Below the pieces are notes generated by a model. That model searched no databases. It was not told the DNA's origin and saw only the letters and a list, made by a program, of their open reading frames with translations. Positions 1 to 10,812 of a DNA stretch of 64,000 nucleotides are shown here, one piece after another. Source of the stretch: Psammoneis japonica. Its lineage: Eukaryota. The stretch lies in NCBI GenBank assembly GCA_008632985.1, contig QPGO01000009.1, positions 682,001 through 746,000 on the forward strand. Direction: 5' to 3'. Each line of letters opens with the position of its first letter. The stretch's first letter is position 1. The position numbers and the translations under genes were made by a program.

Positions 1-228
1 AGCGTTGGCACAAGGGAACTGAACGATTGCGGGCTCGCATCTCAAAACATTGTGAGACTTCGTAGAGCGGGGGATGGTGCAAACCGAGACGATCAGCATC
101 GTGAGGTACTAGAATTCAGATTAGAAAGTCATTATATTAACAAGAGTGTCCTAGTCGTAATTTTCCCATCTTATGATTGTAGAAATCAGGCGTTGTCGGC
201 TAAAGCAAGTACTAGTATTTCGTTAGTG

Positions 229-2154
229 TTAACGATATTGAGCATGCCACCTTTTTTTATACAGAGTGTGCGACTCTCGGATGACTCTCGCAACGGCGCG
301 TCCTAGATTCAGGGGTACAGCATTGCCAATCTGTGCATTCTTCTGTGTCATGTTTCCTGAAAACTGAAAGTCATCCGGAAATGATTGGATGCGAGCTCGT
401 TCTCGGAGAGTCAAGCAGCGCTCGTGCCTGTAGTGCTTCGCAGGATTGTTCCTACGGATAGTCGCGACAGGCTGGTCCGAGAGAAGAAGCTGCATGATAC
501 CACTTTCTTTCAATTCAATCCCCTGTTTGGAGTGGTCCTTAATTCTTTTCCCTTTCAACATGATATGACCATAGTCTGTTGGGTCAATCTCCGCGAGATC
601 TCCAAGGACGTCCGCGTCTCCGGCACATTGATATGGTTGAAGACCTTCTCCATGGGTTGGCTTTGGAAAATGAGGGAGAGGGACGTCCTTGCGAGAGACA
701 ACTAGAAAGACGCGTGGCCTATCCTGAGGGTCTCCATAGTCGCTGGCTTTTAGGACCATAACTCGACTCTGATAGCCAAGTATCAACAGATCGCCATGAA
801 GCTTGTCAAAGTATTCGCGCTTGTTTTTTGAGCTGTTCTTATCTAAAATACCGAGTACGTTTTCAAGCGACCCAGTCAAAGGCTTGAAGAATCGAATCAA
901 CTCGACAAATTCCTCTACCAATCGATTATTGGCTTTGTCATTCTTCCCATTGCCTGTATTGACTCGGGAAAAGCCATCGCACGGAGGACTCGCATGAATA
1001 TGATCAACCGATTTTGGATAACCCTCTTTAGCGTCAACAGCGTTTCGTCGAAACACTTTTACACACTCCTCGTAGATCTCTGTACCGGGAAAGTTGATTT
1101 TTAGAGCAGAAATAGCATGATCATTATTCTCCACTTTATACAAACTCTGAAAGCCTTCTTGATCAAACGCCAAGGACGAAAGTCCACATCCTGCGAATAC
1201 ATCTAGGCAGCGGGGCTTGCCGTCGTGTGGCTCCGTCATGGGCATTGCCAAATCCTTGTAGCGGTAAGCACACGTAAACCCTGGCACCGATTCTTTGATA
1301 GACTTTTTAGGATCATCAGACTGGGGACCAAAGTAACCCTGTTCGTACACTACCATTGGCTTTCCAGGCCACGCTGGATGTCTGTCTGTGAGAGATTGTA
1401 GAGGAACTCGACCTTGATTCAAGACACCCATGGTGTTTGCCAGGGTGACCTTGTCTGGCTGTAGCAGACCTTGAGATTTCCAGGCTTCCGACACTCGCTT
1501 GGCCTCGGCCTCTCCTATAAATGTCTTATCCAACGACAAGGCAACTTCAACACAAACACCTTCCTTTACGCGTGTCTTATTTTGATGTATAAGCTTGGAT
1601 AGAGTGAAGAAATATCCCGGTTTCTGCTTGCAAGACCACGTCTCTCCACTTTTGTAAAGCCGTCTTTTACAGAACATTTTCGTTGAATCTTCCTTAATCT
1701 TGTGATGACTCGTGTTTTGTGAATCTGAGAGGAACACTCGAATGCTCGGTTGTTTCTGTTTAGAGACCTGTTGTTGCTTCGTTTCCTTCGTGTCTTCCCG
1801 CTTGGCACGTTTAGCGGCCCTTTCAGGATCATCGGCATCGGCTTTAGATTCCTCAAATTTATCTAGGACCTCCAAGTAAGCATCATCATTATCGTCATCG
1901 AGAAGTTGAGCAGCTTCGATTTCTTGCCAATCAAACTCAACCTGAGAGAGCTGTTTCTGGCATTGATCGCTCAAAGTTTCGCTTTCGGTACTGCTCTCCT
2001 CATCCATGTCAATACTTCTATGAACGATTTCTTCGGTAACACGTCGACTGTTCACGTTGAAAGCGATGCTGGGCGATGAGTCGTCAAAACAAATAGTGTT
2101 TCTCGCCGGCTCCTCTGTCGTGGAGTACATCTTGTTGTTGATGTTTTTCGCCAT
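229..2154 (-). CDS. C5 cytosine DNA methyltransferase, RID/Masc1 (DNMT4)-like
   Basis: Intact ORF with all catalytic motifs: I LDVFAGCG, IV HASPPCDGFS, VI ENV, VIII PQDRPRV, IX LTLRERARIQSFPD, X QIGNAVP. 'VDHIHASPPC..FS...GKND.AN' resembles the RID/Masc1 motif IV region. Likely ATG at 2154 (the ORF track extends to 2322 from a non-ATG start). Subfamily call is inferred from motifs. Confidence 0.92.
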   Translation of the reverse strand: MAKNINNKMYSTTEEPARNTICFDDSSPSIAFNVNSRRVTEEIVHRSIDMDEESSTESETLSDQCQKQLSQVEFDWQEIEAAQLLDDDNDDAYLEVLDKFEESKADADDPERAAKRAKREDTKETKQQQVSKQKQPSIRVFLSDSQNTSHHKIKEDSTKMFCKRRLYKSGETWSCKQKPGYFFTLSKLIHQNKTRVKEGVCVEVALSLDKTFIGEAEAKRVSEAWKSQGLLQPDKVTLANTMGVLNQGRVPLQSLTDRHPAWPGKPMVVYEQGYFGPQSDDPKKSIKESVPGFTCAYRYKDLAMPMTEPHDGKPRCLDVFAGCGLSSLAFDQEGFQSLYKVENNDHAISALKINFPGTEIYEECVKVFRRNAVDAKEGYPKSVDHIHASPPCDGFSRVNTGNGKNDKANNRLVEEFVELIRFFKPLTGSLENVLGILDKNSSKNKREYFDKLHGDLLILGYQSRVMVLKASDYGDPQDRPRVFLVVSRKDVPLPHFPKPTHGEGLQPYQCAGDADVLGDLAEIDPTDYGHIMLKGKRIKDHSKQGIELKESGIMQLLLSDQPVATIRRNNPAKHYRHERCLTLRERARIQSFPDDFQFSGNMTQKNAQIGNAVPLNLGRAVARVIRESHTLYKKRWHAQYR

Positions 2155-2199
2155 TGTAGTGTTGCATGTGTCGGCACTTATTTTTTTATTCGTCCATGT

Positions 2200-2414
2200 C
2201 AATTTGGGGGGCGTCTTTGGAAGTGAGATCGTCGAAGGCGGTCTGATCGCCAGTGCGTTTGGGGTTTTCCCAGTACAATTTGTACGCAAAAAAAACACGT
2301 AGGATCTGTCCAGAGGTCCCAAATACCCAATCGCACTGATTGACAGACTGTTTTAGTACAAATTCTACGTAACTTTCTTCGACAGTCTCACTTCCAAAGA
2401 CGCCCCCCAAATTG
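2200..2414. repeat. 38-bp inverted repeat pair (MITE-like or hairpin) between the divergent DNMT and ankyrin genes
   Basis: 2200-2237 caatttggggggcgtctttggaagtgagatcgtcgaag versus 2377-2414 cttcgacagtctcacttccaaagacgccccccaaattg (reverse complement, 2 mismatches). No clear TSD. Confidence 0.85.
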
Positions 2415-2751
2415 TGGTCGTCGAACCGAACGTTGGTCGAAGATGACAACATTGACCGTTAAACGGAAATATAGCATACGTCCTGGATGATTTAAATGTT
2501 TACATGACAATATCCAGGTCTGCATCTCGATCATAAATTTGGAAAATATCGAATTGACGAATGGGCCCGTGTGCTACTATGAGTCCGTCCGTCTATCCGC
2601 GACTGCACTGTCATCGCCTTTGCAGGCACGTTATCCGTCACCGGTGTCGTCCGCAATGATCACAAAAAGCAAACGCCGCCCCGGGTCTCTCTCTCTCTCT
2701 TGCGCTTGGTCCTGGGGACACATCGATCTGATGACACTACCTTATTACCGT

Positions 2752-5224
2752 ATGGAACCACGCACCAAAAGAAAAAAGACGGAGCCCAAGTCGGACATGG
2801 AGGCATTCGAAGAACTGGGTCAGCTCTGTTGCGGAGATTCTCTCTCGTTGGATCTTCTTCGTGAGAAAATTGAAGCGTGTCCCAAGGAGATCATTCAAGA
2901 ACAACTTTACGGCACCGAAACACTTCTTCATGTCGTCTGCAGAAACAAGAATGTAACATGTGACATTGTCAAGTGTGTCGCGGAGTTGCTTCCGGCGGAC
3001 GTGGCACTGCGGCGGTGCGCCGACGGAGACGCGAGCAACCCACCAGTGCACCTAGCATGCCTGAACGATCATTGCCCGAGCCCCGTGATGCACTTTCTCA
3101 TGTCTCAGCATCGAGAATCTCTGGAAGTGTCGAATCAAGAAGATGGGTTGCCGCTTCATTGCCTGATGAAGAGGACGCACCATGTGGATGTGGAACTCGT
3201 CAGGATGCTCGTTGATCAGCACCGTCCGGCACTTACAAATCAAGCTAACGAGTTCGAGAGTACCCCGTTTGACGTTCTCATTTGCCAGGACAATCCTTCA
3301 GTCGAAATCCTTCAGCTTCTTGTCGATGGTGAACATGGAGTTCTTTCTGAGCTCACAAACACTGATGGTCGTCTTCCCATTCATGAGATGGTTTTACTAG
3401 ATCGAACAACCCTGCCACCGATTGATGTTGTCAAGTTTCTTATTAATGCCAGTCCTCAGGAGGTGCTTGCAGCGCGCGATGATTTGGGCTCTACAGCATT
3501 TCAGACAGCTTGTACAAACCGAAGCATTTCCGTCGATTTCCTCCGCTTGTTTGTCCAGAAGAGACAGGATGTGATTTCGGAACGTACGTTACGCGGAGAG
3601 CTCCCACTCCACCTTCATTGCTCAAGACAGTTCAACCTCGACCCTCGTGTGTTAGAATTTTTGCTTTCAAGCTGTCCACAGGCGGTTCACTGTAAAGGTT
3701 TCGGTGGGAAACTTCCTCTTGCCCTTGCAGCAGCAAAGAACGCAGAAGCGGTGAAAATGCTGATCGACCGACACCCTGGCTCAGTTCGAGTTCTCGATCA
3801 TGGCGGAAGGACCCCCTCATTTTTGGCTTGTGGTGGACGCAAACTTAAATTGATAGAGCACCTTTACAAGGAGCATCCCGAGGCACTTTCCCTGAAGTCA
3901 ACGAATGGGGATCTGCCGATGCATCATGCGGCACACCACGGGTCAAGGGAAGTCATTGAGTTCCTCATTGAAAAGCACCCTTCAGAGTCTAAAAACAGGA
4001 ATGATGGGGGCGATCTGCCACTTCATTGCATCTGCAGTCGTGACGATGTTGACCTGCTTTTGTGCGCCAAACTGTGCGAGGCATTTCCTCCAGCCATTCA
4101 TGTCAAGAACGAAAAGGGTGAACTGCCTTTACACATCGCATGCCAGAACGCCAATGTTTCAGAAGACGTTCTCGACATCTGTGCAAAAAGCTGCCCGACG
4201 GAATCAAAGCTTCTGACAATGAAGGACGATTGCCTCTTCACATGGCAGCTGTTCGACGGAAGCGCTTCCTGGTGACGTCTCAAAGGGAAAGCAACTGTCG
4301 TCTCTTGAAATGGCTCGTAGACCGCTGGCCAGAGGCTGCAGGCATGAGCAGCCCGATTCACGGGCTGCCCACTCACTGCGTCTGTAAGACCCCGTCCGTC
4401 ACGTCATCGGCAGATCTCGAATCCGCCAAATGTCTCATCTCGATTTATCCAGAATCGATCAACAAATCTCATCCTTCTCCAGGCCTGCCTTTGGAGTGCG
4501 CCCAGTCATCAGCAGGCACGCGCTCGATTTTTGAATGCCTTGCATTTGAACGCTACGACAGAAACGCTTTGCCATTGCACTCTATCTTGAAGGATTCTGA
4601 CCTTCAAGATGAGGAGGCTGCTGCTTTGTTCTTTGTGGAGAGCTTTCCAGAGCATGCAGATGACATTGACGTGGATGGACAATTTCCATTGCATCTTGCT
4701 GCCCACTCAGTGCGGCGGCGTTCCCTGCTTGAAAGGCTTTTGGAGTTGAATCCACGGGCTGCTAGAGAGAAGGACAAGCTTGGACAACTTCCAGTGCACA
4801 TCGCGCTTGAGAATCCGTACCTCGTGCAATGCCATGTTGCAGCTGAGTTGGTTGAAACATGCAACGAAGGTTTGGGCATCGTTGACAACAAAGGGCAGAC
4901 GCCACTGCATGTTGCATGCAAGCACGGCGCTTCACTGCGGCACGCAATTGTGCGTTTGGTGGAGAGAAACCCTTCTGCTTTGGCCGCGAGGGACAAACGT
5001 CGTGAGCTCCCTCTCCACAAAGCCTGCAAATCAGGCAACGTGCCCATTGCTCGCCACCTTGCCGAGCAGCACGCACCGGCGATTTTTAAAAAAGATTCTT
5101 CATTCATGCTTCCATCTTACATTTGGCAGGTCAAGACCGCGAGAGCACCACAGAATCTGTTGACGCCATCTTCCATCTGCTGAGGCAACACCCCTTGGCC
5201 GTGCAGTCTGGTGTTGGAAGCTGA
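2752..5224 (+). pseudogene. Long ankyrin-repeat protein, frameshifted (about 4180 and 5115)
   Basis: Repeated G.LPLH.AC motifs across ORFs 2539..4275 and 4140..5183; a third frame gives the C-terminal VDAIFHLLRQHP ending at TGA 5222-5224. Tyr-poor. Confidence 0.8.
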
Positions 5225-5249
5225 AGCAATCATGCGATGCCTCCATGGG

Positions 5250-7150
5250 TTGATGAATCGAACAGAGTAAATTGAACTCTGTTGCAAGACAACGTGCTTT
5301 AGTGAGAGGCATGGCCCATCCACTTCTGTTCTAAATTGTCGCCGTCCGACTGCGTCAAAACCGCGAAAGGACCAGGCGGCATCCACACAGAACACTTCCA
5401 CACAATGCTTGCACACCACGCACCTGAGTCTACACCGCGCGTGCCGATGACCAGCTTTCACACCTCGTCATGTCTCTCTTGGACACCAAACTCGATTGGC
5501 AAGTAGTTTGTGCCAAGATTGCTCAACAGAGTGGCCATCCTGAAGCCAACAAAGGTTGCAAAGGCACGCAATCCCAAAGTCCGCGATGCTTTGACAACCG
5601 AGTCATCCTTTGCATGGAGCTGTCTGTTTCTAACTCCGGCAGCTCTTGAGGCATGTCGAGGTGGTCACTTCCAATTGAAACGGCAATGCACCGGCAGGGA
5701 TGCTTTTCCGCAGTGACGCAAAAGATGCAAAAAGATTCAGCAATTTGACTGGGATGGTCAGTCGGGTCAATTCATTGCCACAAAGACGCTTGAGATGCAA
5801 CAGAGAGCAGGAAGCCATAAATTGAGTAGAAGTTGCAACGAGCTCCTTCCAACAGTCTAAGTCTGAAAGCTGTTGTCCTTTTGTTTTTTCAGAGTCTTTC
5901 CTCCGCTGCTTGGCATGCTGACTCGGCGTTTCTTGCCTTCCCAAGCCATTCAGAAAAAAGCCATTGGGGCCTTGTTGTCAGGGCACTCCTCCATCATCAA
6001 GAAGGTTGTCAATGTTGCATGGGTAGCTGCACATCAGCTGCAAGGGGAGCTCTTGTCCTCAGTCAAGACCTGCCACAAGCAGTTGCAGCCAAGAGACAAA
6101 GAGCAGCTTCTCCTTCTGACACCACCAAAGGAGACCCCTTGCCTGCTCATGGTGGCAACAAAACTTGAACATTGGCAACACATGTGCACCAACAGAGAAT
6201 TGCCACCACCTTGTCCTCGAACAAAAAATTGTCACCTTCACTGGACACAAGATCACTCTCCAGTTGAAGACATTCATCTCCTTTTGGCTTCAGTTGTTTT
6301 GCAAAATTTCCAACCAGCATCTGCTGTGCTCCCCAAGATTCCTTGCTTCTGCAAAAGCACAGTGTTCAACTGGTTTGATGACAACTCTGATTTTTCCCAA
6401 GTTTTTTGATGTCACAGCCCATGACCCGTCTCCACAACTCACCCAACATGCTCTGGAGAAAGTTTCTTTAAAATTTTGCCTGTGACACAAATGAGAGCAA
6501 GCAACACCACCAGGCTCTCATCTCTGTGTAATTTTTGTCTCCACAAAACTTGAAACTGTCAACCGATGGCTTGCACTGATGGAAGGCCTCTTGCTGATGC
6601 TGTTTTTTCACTCGCAGGCCTTGTTGCAGATGGATGAACACTGGTCGGCTGACAAATCAAACATTCAAATCAATGTGATGAGGGAGATGGAGTCTTGCCC
6701 CAAAAACTTGTCACAGCCATGATGCATGGAGGCATGATTTGCTCTGCGGCGGCAGCCCATGCTTTGCCAGCCAAAGAAACATTGAGGCACAATTGTTGCC
6801 CGGGTTGTCAGCCCCATCTTCAAGGATGCATTGGAATGGCTCTGGAGGGAGTTGATGAGGGAACGGCATGGTCACGATGATGTTGTTGGACAGACAATTG
6901 TGAGAGCAACTGCTAAAACAACAACAAGTGCTGATCAAAGATGGAAGATTTCGGATGTCGGGGCGTGGACAGCGAATCGTGACTCTTCAGCATTTGACTT
7001 GTGTGCTGTAAGCTGGGCTGTCTGTCTGGCTGGCCGGCCGTCTCGACATCTTGCTCGTCACTGCATCGCAATCATTGCTCTCCGATCTTAAATCTAAAAA
7101 GCTCACGCAAAATCTTTGTCACCCCGTTGACAAATTGTGGTGGCGCAAGA
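5250..7150. other. TpA- and CpG-depleted domain with a degenerate, unidentified coding or TE relic
   Basis: Almost no TA and few CG over about 1.9 kb, with a TG/CA excess; normal composition resumes near 7240. Confidence 0.75.
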
Positions 7151-7590
7151 GAAGGAGAGGAACAAAAAGGACGGAAGCGGAAGCAGGCAGCCCGTTCTGA
7201 CTGACTCGACCAAAAGGTTGGCGCGAAACCTCCTGCGACCTTTACGACTACAACGGTCTACGACTACCTACGTGATCATAGATTTGATTGCCAATTCCCA
7301 CGCGGGGGCACTGTCTTCTGTGTAATTGCTATGGTCTGATCCTTCCGTCGGAGTTGACAAGGTCTGCGCATCGTCATGTACATTAGACACATGATGTGGA
7401 AAGTCTAGGTAGTCTAGCTAGTAGAGAATCAGCAACGTCATTCAACGATCGTCCAGCACACCTTTTACACGATGCTACAGTACATTGGCGGAGTCTGACA
7501 CTCCCTCGACAAACGTGGCACTAGGGCCTAGCCCTCTAGAGTCTACGTCATCCGCAACTGCGACCACCCATTTCAGATATTGCCGCCTGA

Positions 7591-7883
7591 GCTCCCGCGC
7601 GGGAGCAATTTCTTCGATGTCTACTATGGCCTCTTGATCCTGCATCGTACTGTAGCTAGTCTCCCCGTTCTATTACTAAGCTTTTTGTTCATTGGACAGT
7701 CGAGAGCAATGACTTGCATTAAGATGGTCATTCAAAGCTTTAAATGATTTGCCAGTATGAACTAAGTATGAAGATACTGACAACTCCCGCTCGGGAACCT
7801 GAATAGCTCACAAAATGCATAAGGACTCCCGCGTGGGAACCTGTTTAGCTCACAAATTCTAAACAAAATGGTCGCGCGGGAGT
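7591..7883. promoter_or_regulatory. Cluster of palindromic CTCCCGCGCGGGA(G) motifs upstream of a secreted-protein gene
   Basis: Perfect 16-bp palindrome gctcccgcgcgggagc at 7591-7606; variants near 7783 and 7825 (inside a ~42-bp tandem duplication) and a partial copy near 7873. Regulatory role is inferred. Confidence 0.45.
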
Positions 7884-8098
7884 ACAATGATGGACTAGTG
7901 CCGGGAATTTGCAATTACGACTACAGTCTATCTCTAGCCGATCTCGAAAATGTACCAGGGCTGTTCATTTTCTACGCGGACTTTTCGCTGAGGACCAAAC
8001 CGAACGCACCTCGAGAGCAAATCACTTTTCTCCTCTAAACGTCTCACAATCAAAGAAACTCCCAAAAGTTCACTCAAAGTCCTTTCAAGCCTTCCAAA

Positions 8099-8590
8099 AT
8101 GAAGTTCTCTACCATCTTCTCCATCGCCGTCCTTGCCATGGCTACTCCCAACGCCGTCTCGGCCAACTTCGCCATGTATGAGGGAAGCATCTTCATGGTC
8201 AGCGAGACCGATGCGGAACTCACCGCCTCTGACACTCTCTACCTCGACATGACCGTCAAGGATGCCTACAACGAGGCTCATACCGGCGGTGACTTTACCG
8301 CCGAGGTTGCTGTGGTGAGCGACATTGATCTCGTAAGCCGCCGTGCTCTCAACGAGAACGGAGAGCGCAAGCTTCCCAACAGCGGAGGCTGGGCCGGTGT
8401 CGTTCAGGTCGGAGGACAATGCTACTTGTGTGGTGGGGGTCGCCGTGGCCTCAAGGGAGGAGAAGAGAAGCGCCGTCAGCTCGACGATGCCGTCATGGGG
8501 GCGATCTTGTGCAACAAGCTCGCTACGGGCATCAACAGCAAGTTCCATGGCGTGTCTGACTGCCAGGTCAGCCTCATCCTTGTCGAGTAA
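8099..8590 (+). CDS. Small secreted hypothetical protein (163 aa)
   Basis: Signal peptide MKFSTIFSIAVLAMATPNAVSA; strongly C-ending codons; Cys pairs (CYLC, C-terminal Cys). Confidence 0.8.
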   Translation: MKFSTIFSIAVLAMATPNAVSANFAMYEGSIFMVSETDAELTASDTLYLDMTVKDAYNEAHTGGDFTAEVAVVSDIDLVSRRALNENGERKLPNSGGWAGVVQVGGQCYLCGGGRRGLKGGEEKRRQLDDAVMGAILCNKLATGINSKFHGVSDCQVSLILVE

Positions 8591-9328
8591 GCGCCGCCTC
8601 TTCGCTTAGCGGTAGCTCAGGACCTTCTACGGATATAGATTTGAGCACGGCGGTCAGTACCACAAGTTCTTGTCTGTTGGGCGCCCATTGTATTCCGTGG
8701 GTTGATGTCTTATTGTAGTGGTGTATTCATTAGGTCTCTGGTCAGATCTACCTTCAAGGGAAGAAGTTTGGCGGTGATTTGTTACAGGGTAACTTTTAGA
8801 ACAATGAATAATGCGTGTTCAGTGTGGTATTGGTAGTTTTGCGGCGTAGAGCATTGGTGTCTGCTTTCCGTCTTGAAATGATTCGTGAATTTCCTTCCAG
8901 ATACACATTCATCTGCAGCTACTACTTCAGAACTCTTGCCACGTCAGGTAACGACCCTGCACCCAGAAAAAGGCCATCATATAATCTTGCTATGGGTGCC
9001 GCGACTCTTCTGAAACTGTGACACATTCACTGGCGCATCTCTTTCGTAAAGCCTCCATGCTGCTGTCTGTCTTCGTACTGCTGGCTTTGATGACTCTTGT
9101 AAATTATCGCTAGAGTGACTTGGCTGAGAGTGCCACCGCAACGGTAGATTCGTTCTTCAACTGCGTACGGCGAGCATTCTGCCACAAAACTCGACACGAT
9201 GAATTGGTGGCTTGCATGGAGAATACGTCACTCCAACTCGTCGTTTATCATCATTCTGTCGTCCATACCGCGTAGATAACCAGCAACCTGCCGGAAAAAG
9301 TGCTGCAAGTATACCTAGCACACCTCAT

Positions 9329-10630
9329 TCATGCATCACGTTCCTGTACATTTTGAATGACTGGAGGTAGCCTTTCCCCTGCCTTGACCCAACGCCTGGA
9401 AAGCGCATAATTCATCTCGGCAACCAAAACGTCTACTCGAATGTTTTGGCCAGGATATCCCTCATCTCCAAACGGATCAAGAAACGATTTGGATAATTCC
9501 AGAAGCCCCTTGAAGAACAGAGCGAATAGTGCTGTCAATGGAGTACACACGGCGCCGAGCTGATCCACGAGAGCAAAGGGCGCAAGGTACACCAACCAAT
9601 CAATTAGAATTTGGACCAGCTGTACATATGCCAAAGGCATTCGCCCCGCCTTGTAATCCCCAATGTTAAAGTACTCAGCACGCAAAGCCGTAAACTGCTT
9701 TAGCAAGTTCTCCTCAAGGCCGACTTGGTTAGAACTGCTCAAACTACTTTCTCTCAAACCCTCCATGGCATACACTCCGACCCACTCAAACAGGATATAC
9801 GGGTATTGCGTTGAAGGAAGGCCAGTATGCTCCAATGATTCCAGCTCTTCTCTTGTAAGTTGTCCCTGATCCACAAGCCTCTCGAGACCTTGAGGGCTAA
9901 GCAGTCTCTCGCCATGCTTTACAAAATCGTCTCCGCCGCGATCCGTGCTGGCCGACGTTGGCGTTGCTGCCCAAAAGAGGACATGACTCACACGCAATAA
10001 TCTTGTACACACATCTAGCAGATTCTTAGCCTCGTCCGTAAAAGTTGAATCCTTTCGCTCTGCTCCAAGCACGAGAAGCAAACAAATGTCATTGATGCGG
10101 CCCTGAATAGCACGTGTCGTGCCGTAAACTTTTTGCCAGTGAGCGTAGGCTTGCGACGTGAAGAAGGACAAAATTAATGTGCAGAGAGTCAAAAGATACT
10201 CCCAGGGAGTTTTGAGAATGTCGAGTTGTTGAATCACATCGTCGTCTGCCCACACCATGATGGAAATGTTGATTGCAATCGTAAACACCACCGGAGTAAT
10301 GGCGATCTTTCTCACGCTGCCATCCCATCTAGTCCACAACCACCATGCGTCTGGCTTGTATTCACGGATAACTGGGCGACTGGCTTCTGTCTTTGTAACC
10401 CAATCAACAAGACGTTCCAATTCATAGTCGTCCTGCTGACTGTTGGACTTTGGCTTTGAAGAGAGGACGTGACGACTCGCTGAACAGACATACTTCAGTG
10501 ATGGACCATGAGCAGGCTTATTCAACACGAACGATCTAACACATGGTTCTTGGAACAACAAGAACGCTACGATGAACCTCGCAACCTTGCTCATGGCACT
10601 GACAAAGACGATGTACGGTAGTGTGCTCAT
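9329..10630 (-). CDS. Bestrophin-family (UPF0187-like) anion channel, probably plastid-targeted
   Basis: FFTSQAYAHW, RMPLAYVQLVQ and LLELSKSFLDPFG motifs; hydrophobic N-terminus followed by VRSF. Confidence 0.8.
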   Translation of the reverse strand: MSTLPYIVFVSAMSKVARFIVAFLLFQEPCVRSFVLNKPAHGPSLKYVCSASRHVLSSKPKSNSQQDDYELERLVDWVTKTEASRPVIREYKPDAWWLWTRWDGSVRKIAITPVVFTIAINISIMVWADDDVIQQLDILKTPWEYLLTLCTLILSFFTSQAYAHWQKVYGTTRAIQGRINDICLLLVLGAERKDSTFTDEAKNLLDVCTRLLRVSHVLFWAATPTSASTDRGGDDFVKHGERLLSPQGLERLVDQGQLTREELESLEHTGLPSTQYPYILFEWVGVYAMEGLRESSLSSSNQVGLEENLLKQFTALRAEYFNIGDYKAGRMPLAYVQLVQILIDWLVYLAPFALVDQLGAVCTPLTALFALFFKGLLELSKSFLDPFGDEGYPGQNIRVDVLVAEMNYALSRRWVKAGERLPPVIQNVQERDA

Positions 10631-10812
10631 TATGATGTACCGGTATGTCGGATGTCGGGCGTTTTTGGCGGGGCAAATCGATCGCCAATCATGTCACGCT
10701 GACGTCATCCTCATTCAAATGCATTCTCGCGCGGTGACTCGCGCGATTTTCAAAATGGCGTCTGTCGCCGTCGACGCCCGCCACGAGCAGATCTTTCTCA
10801 CTTTCTCCGCCC

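Noticed and set aside
7934..8548. 204-aa antisense ORF
   Set aside because: Shadow of the codon-biased sense gene 8099-8590.
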